From positions 18,863 to 82,862 of the forward strand of contig JADLFI010000034.1 of the NCBI GenBank assembly GCA_020845635.1: a stretch of DNA of 64,000 nucleotides, written 5' to 3'. This stretch comes from Bacteroidia bacterium. GTDB taxonomy: Bacteria > Bacteroidota > Bacteroidia > UBA4408. The position numbers were made by a program, and so were the translations under genes. Shown here piece by piece: positions 61,685-64,000 of the stretch; the stretch's first letter is position 1; each line of letters opens with the position of its first letter. A model generated the notes under the pieces. The model was not told the DNA's origin. It was given only the letters and a program-made list of their open reading frames with translations, and searched no databases.

Positions 61685-63085
61685 ATGTACAAGAATATTA
61701 ACTCTACCGATATTGATTTTTTTATACAAACCTGTGGCAAATCATGTGTAAGTACCAACGATGATGATTTATTATACTACAGTAAAGACCATACCGAAGA
61801 CCTATCATACCTGCCTCAAGTAGTAGTAAAACCGGCAAATGTTGAACAAGTATCGGCTATATTATCATATTGTCATCAGCATATTATCCCGGTTACACCT
61901 AGAGGAGCCGGTACAGGTCTAAGCGGTGGGGCATTGCCCGTGTGTGGTGGGGTATTATTGAGCATGGAAAAGTTTAATACTATTATTGAAATTGATGAAC
62001 GTAACTTACAGGCTACGGTTGAGCCTGGCGTAATAAATCAGGTTTTTCAAGAGGCCGTGGCTGCTAAAGGTTTGTTCTACCCGCCCGATCCTGCCAGTCG
62101 CGGTAGTTGCTTTTTAGGTGGTAATATTGCTCATTGCAGCGGAGGTCCAAGAGCCGTAAAATATGGTGTTACACGCGATTATGTACTGAACCTTCAAGTG
62201 GTATTGCCCAATGGAAATATTATTTGGACAGGAGCTAATACTTTAAAAAATAGTACAGGATATAGTTTAACCCACTTAATGATTGGGAGCGAAGGAACTT
62301 TGGGGGTGGTTACTAAAATTGTATTTAAACTAATTCCACTTCCAGCAACCAATGTATTAATGTTAATTCCTTTTAAACAAGCTGATAAAGCCTGCGAAGC
62401 TGTTGCTGCTATTTTTAAGCATGGAATTGTGCCCAGTGCTTTGGAATTTATGGAGCGTGATGCCATTGATTGGACTTTGCGCTATAATCCTGATATTGTT
62501 TTGAATATTGCTGACGATATTCAGGCTCATTTATTAGTTGAGTTAGATGGGAATAACCCCGATATATTAATGGATCAGGCTCAAAAGGTCTCAGAAGTGG
62601 TTTCACAATACAATTGTGCTGATATTCTATTTGCCGATACCGAGGCACAAAAAAATGATTTATGGCGCATACGCAGAAAAGTGGCCGAAGCAGTAAAAAG
62701 CAACTCGGTGTACAAAGAGGAAGATACTGTTGTTATGCGTGCTGAACTGCCAAAACTGTTGAAAGGAGTTAAAAGTATAGGAAACAAATATGGCTTTCAA
62801 TCAGTTTGTTATGGACATGCCGGTGATGGAAACTTACATGTCAATATTATTAAAGGAAATATGTCTGATAACGACTGGAACAATACCGTAACTTTAGGGA
62901 TTAAAGAAATATTTGAATTATGTGTATCCTTAGGAGGAACAATTAGCGGTGAACATGGTATTGGCTTAGTTCAAAAAAATTATTTGAGTATTGCCCAAAG
63001 CCAAGTGCAAATTAATTTACAGAAAGGAATTAAGGAACTGTTTGACCCTCATCATATTTTAAATCCGGGTAAAATTTTTAATTAA
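61685..63085 (+). CDS. FAD-linked oxidase (GlcD / D-lactate dehydrogenase-like FAD-binding oxidoreductase)
   Basis: The FAD_binding_4 motif PRGAGTGLSGGALP is present. The FAD-oxidase C-terminal domain has the GEHGIG motif. Confidence 0.75.
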   Translation: MYKNINSTDIDFFIQTCGKSCVSTNDDDLLYYSKDHTEDLSYLPQVVVKPANVEQVSAILSYCHQHIIPVTPRGAGTGLSGGALPVCGGVLLSMEKFNTIIEIDERNLQATVEPGVINQVFQEAVAAKGLFYPPDPASRGSCFLGGNIAHCSGGPRAVKYGVTRDYVLNLQVVLPNGNIIWTGANTLKNSTGYSLTHLMIGSEGTLGVVTKIVFKLIPLPATNVLMLIPFKQADKACEAVAAIFKHGIVPSALEFMERDAIDWTLRYNPDIVLNIADDIQAHLLVELDGNNPDILMDQAQKVSEVVSQYNCADILFADTEAQKNDLWRIRRKVAEAVKSNSVYKEEDTVVMRAELPKLLKGVKSIGNKYGFQSVCYGHAGDGNLHVNIIKGNMSDNDWNNTVTLGIKEIFELCVSLGGTISGEHGIGLVQKNYLSIAQSQVQINLQKGIKELFDPHHILNPGKIFN

Positions 63086-63404
63086 CATCACTTTTCAGCA
63101 TACTCCAAATACCTATCACAAAGCCTACACTAGCGTAGAAGAAAAATATTGTGCCTACGGCATTGTTGTCTAGTATAATGAGATGGGGGAAATATTTAGT
63201 GAGCTGCAATCCGAGCAAACTTATTGTTAGGTATATTTTTAGAGTTAAACTTTATCTACTATTAAACCACCCTGTTTTCGTGTAGCTAACCAATTTTGCA
63301 AATTGTTAAAATAAAAAATTATTGGAAAACAAATTGCTGTTTGATGGGTTGAATTGTAGGTGTACTCCGGTTATGTTATTAAGTATATTTTCAGATTTTT
63401 AGTG

Positions 63405-63842
63405 TTAATGCTGATTTAATTTATCCATGTTCACTTTGTAATTATAACCTTCAATTTTTAGTTCATCGTTTTCCACTGAAATGGTAATATTTTCAATGGT
63501 ACTCAGTCGGCTATATACAGCATCAAACTGCAAGGTCATTTCGCCATTTAGTTTATGATTGGTTTCGGTAATATCAGAATTGGCATTAATAAACTTAATT
63601 TCTTTTAAAGTCCCAAAAAGCTCTTTATTTTGTTTAAGCAAGGCCAAAATATCGGTTTTTGAAACATTGGAACTAAAAAAAACGGTGGCGCTGTCATAGT
63701 TGCTTTTACTAACCTGTTTGTAAAACATACCGGCAAAATTCTGCCCCAGCTTTACATGCTCTTTATTGTTTTTAAAATTTTTACCTGAGTTACAAGCACT
63801 TAAAACAATTATAAAAAATAAAAAAGTAAAGAAGTACTGCAT
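63405..63842 (-). CDS. Small hypothetical lipoprotein
   Basis: There is a signal peptide with LSACNSG. No other recognisable motifs. Confidence 0.3.
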   Translation of the reverse strand: MQYFFTFLFFIIVLSACNSGKNFKNNKEHVKLGQNFAGMFYKQVSKSNYDSATVFFSSNVSKTDILALLKQNKELFGTLKEIKFINANSDITETNHKLNGEMTLQFDAVYSRLSTIENITISVENDELKIEGYNYKVNMDKLNQH

Positions 63843-64000
63843 ATTAAAGCCTATTTTTGTGTCGCAAATATAAATATTCTGTTGAGTTTAGCTAAGTGCG
63901 AAGTGCTGGTCTTAATTTTTTGAAATGTTCACAAATTATTACTAATTGAGTGTTAATTTGAAAATCTCTTAGTGTAATTTAAACAATTTGTAATATATTT

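Overview
This 64 kb window is AT-rich (roughly one-third GC by eye) and looks like a Bacteroidota chromosome segment, probably a gliding Flavobacteriia, Sphingobacteriia or Cytophagia lineage. The evidence is several type IX secretion (T9SS) C-terminal sorting domains, GEVED/PKD/SprB-like repeat adhesins, TAnnTTTG -7 promoter boxes, a PadR-PspC pair and a serC-serA operon. Gene density is high, about 50 genes, and most are housekeeping or cell-envelope genes.

Housekeeping genes include a CCA-adding enzyme, serC/serA, the tRNA hydroxylase MiaE, murB, purA, fur, carA and paaZ. There is a gltD-like/korA/korB 2-oxoacid:ferredoxin oxidoreductase operon and a CopA-type P1B ATPase. Envelope genes include LptD-like and OstA-like proteins and an outer membrane beta-barrel protein.

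Accessory content:
- A 1537 aa multi-repeat T9SS adhesin and a second T9SS cargo protein.
- Scattered glycan-modification genes: three GT1 glycosyltransferases, an FkbM methyltransferase, a zinc-ribbon methyltransferase and a GT2/GT-C pair.
- A decayed IS110-family transposase (one frameshift plus two in-frame stops) sitting next to the C-terminal stub of an MBOAT O-acyltransferase and its DltD/AlgJ-like partner.
- Two divergent paralogs of a secreted TPR/Ig-like/caspase (C14) protein. One has the catalytic Cys replaced by Thr, so it is likely a pseudoprotease.
- A 1.28 kb ORF-free AT-rich gap upstream of the kor operon.
- Clean rho-independent terminators between convergent genes.

No rRNA, tRNA or CRISPR array was recognised. 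No canonical anti-phage defence system stands out. The most unusual content is the caspase/pseudo-caspase paralog pair and the IS-disrupted surface-polymer modification locus.
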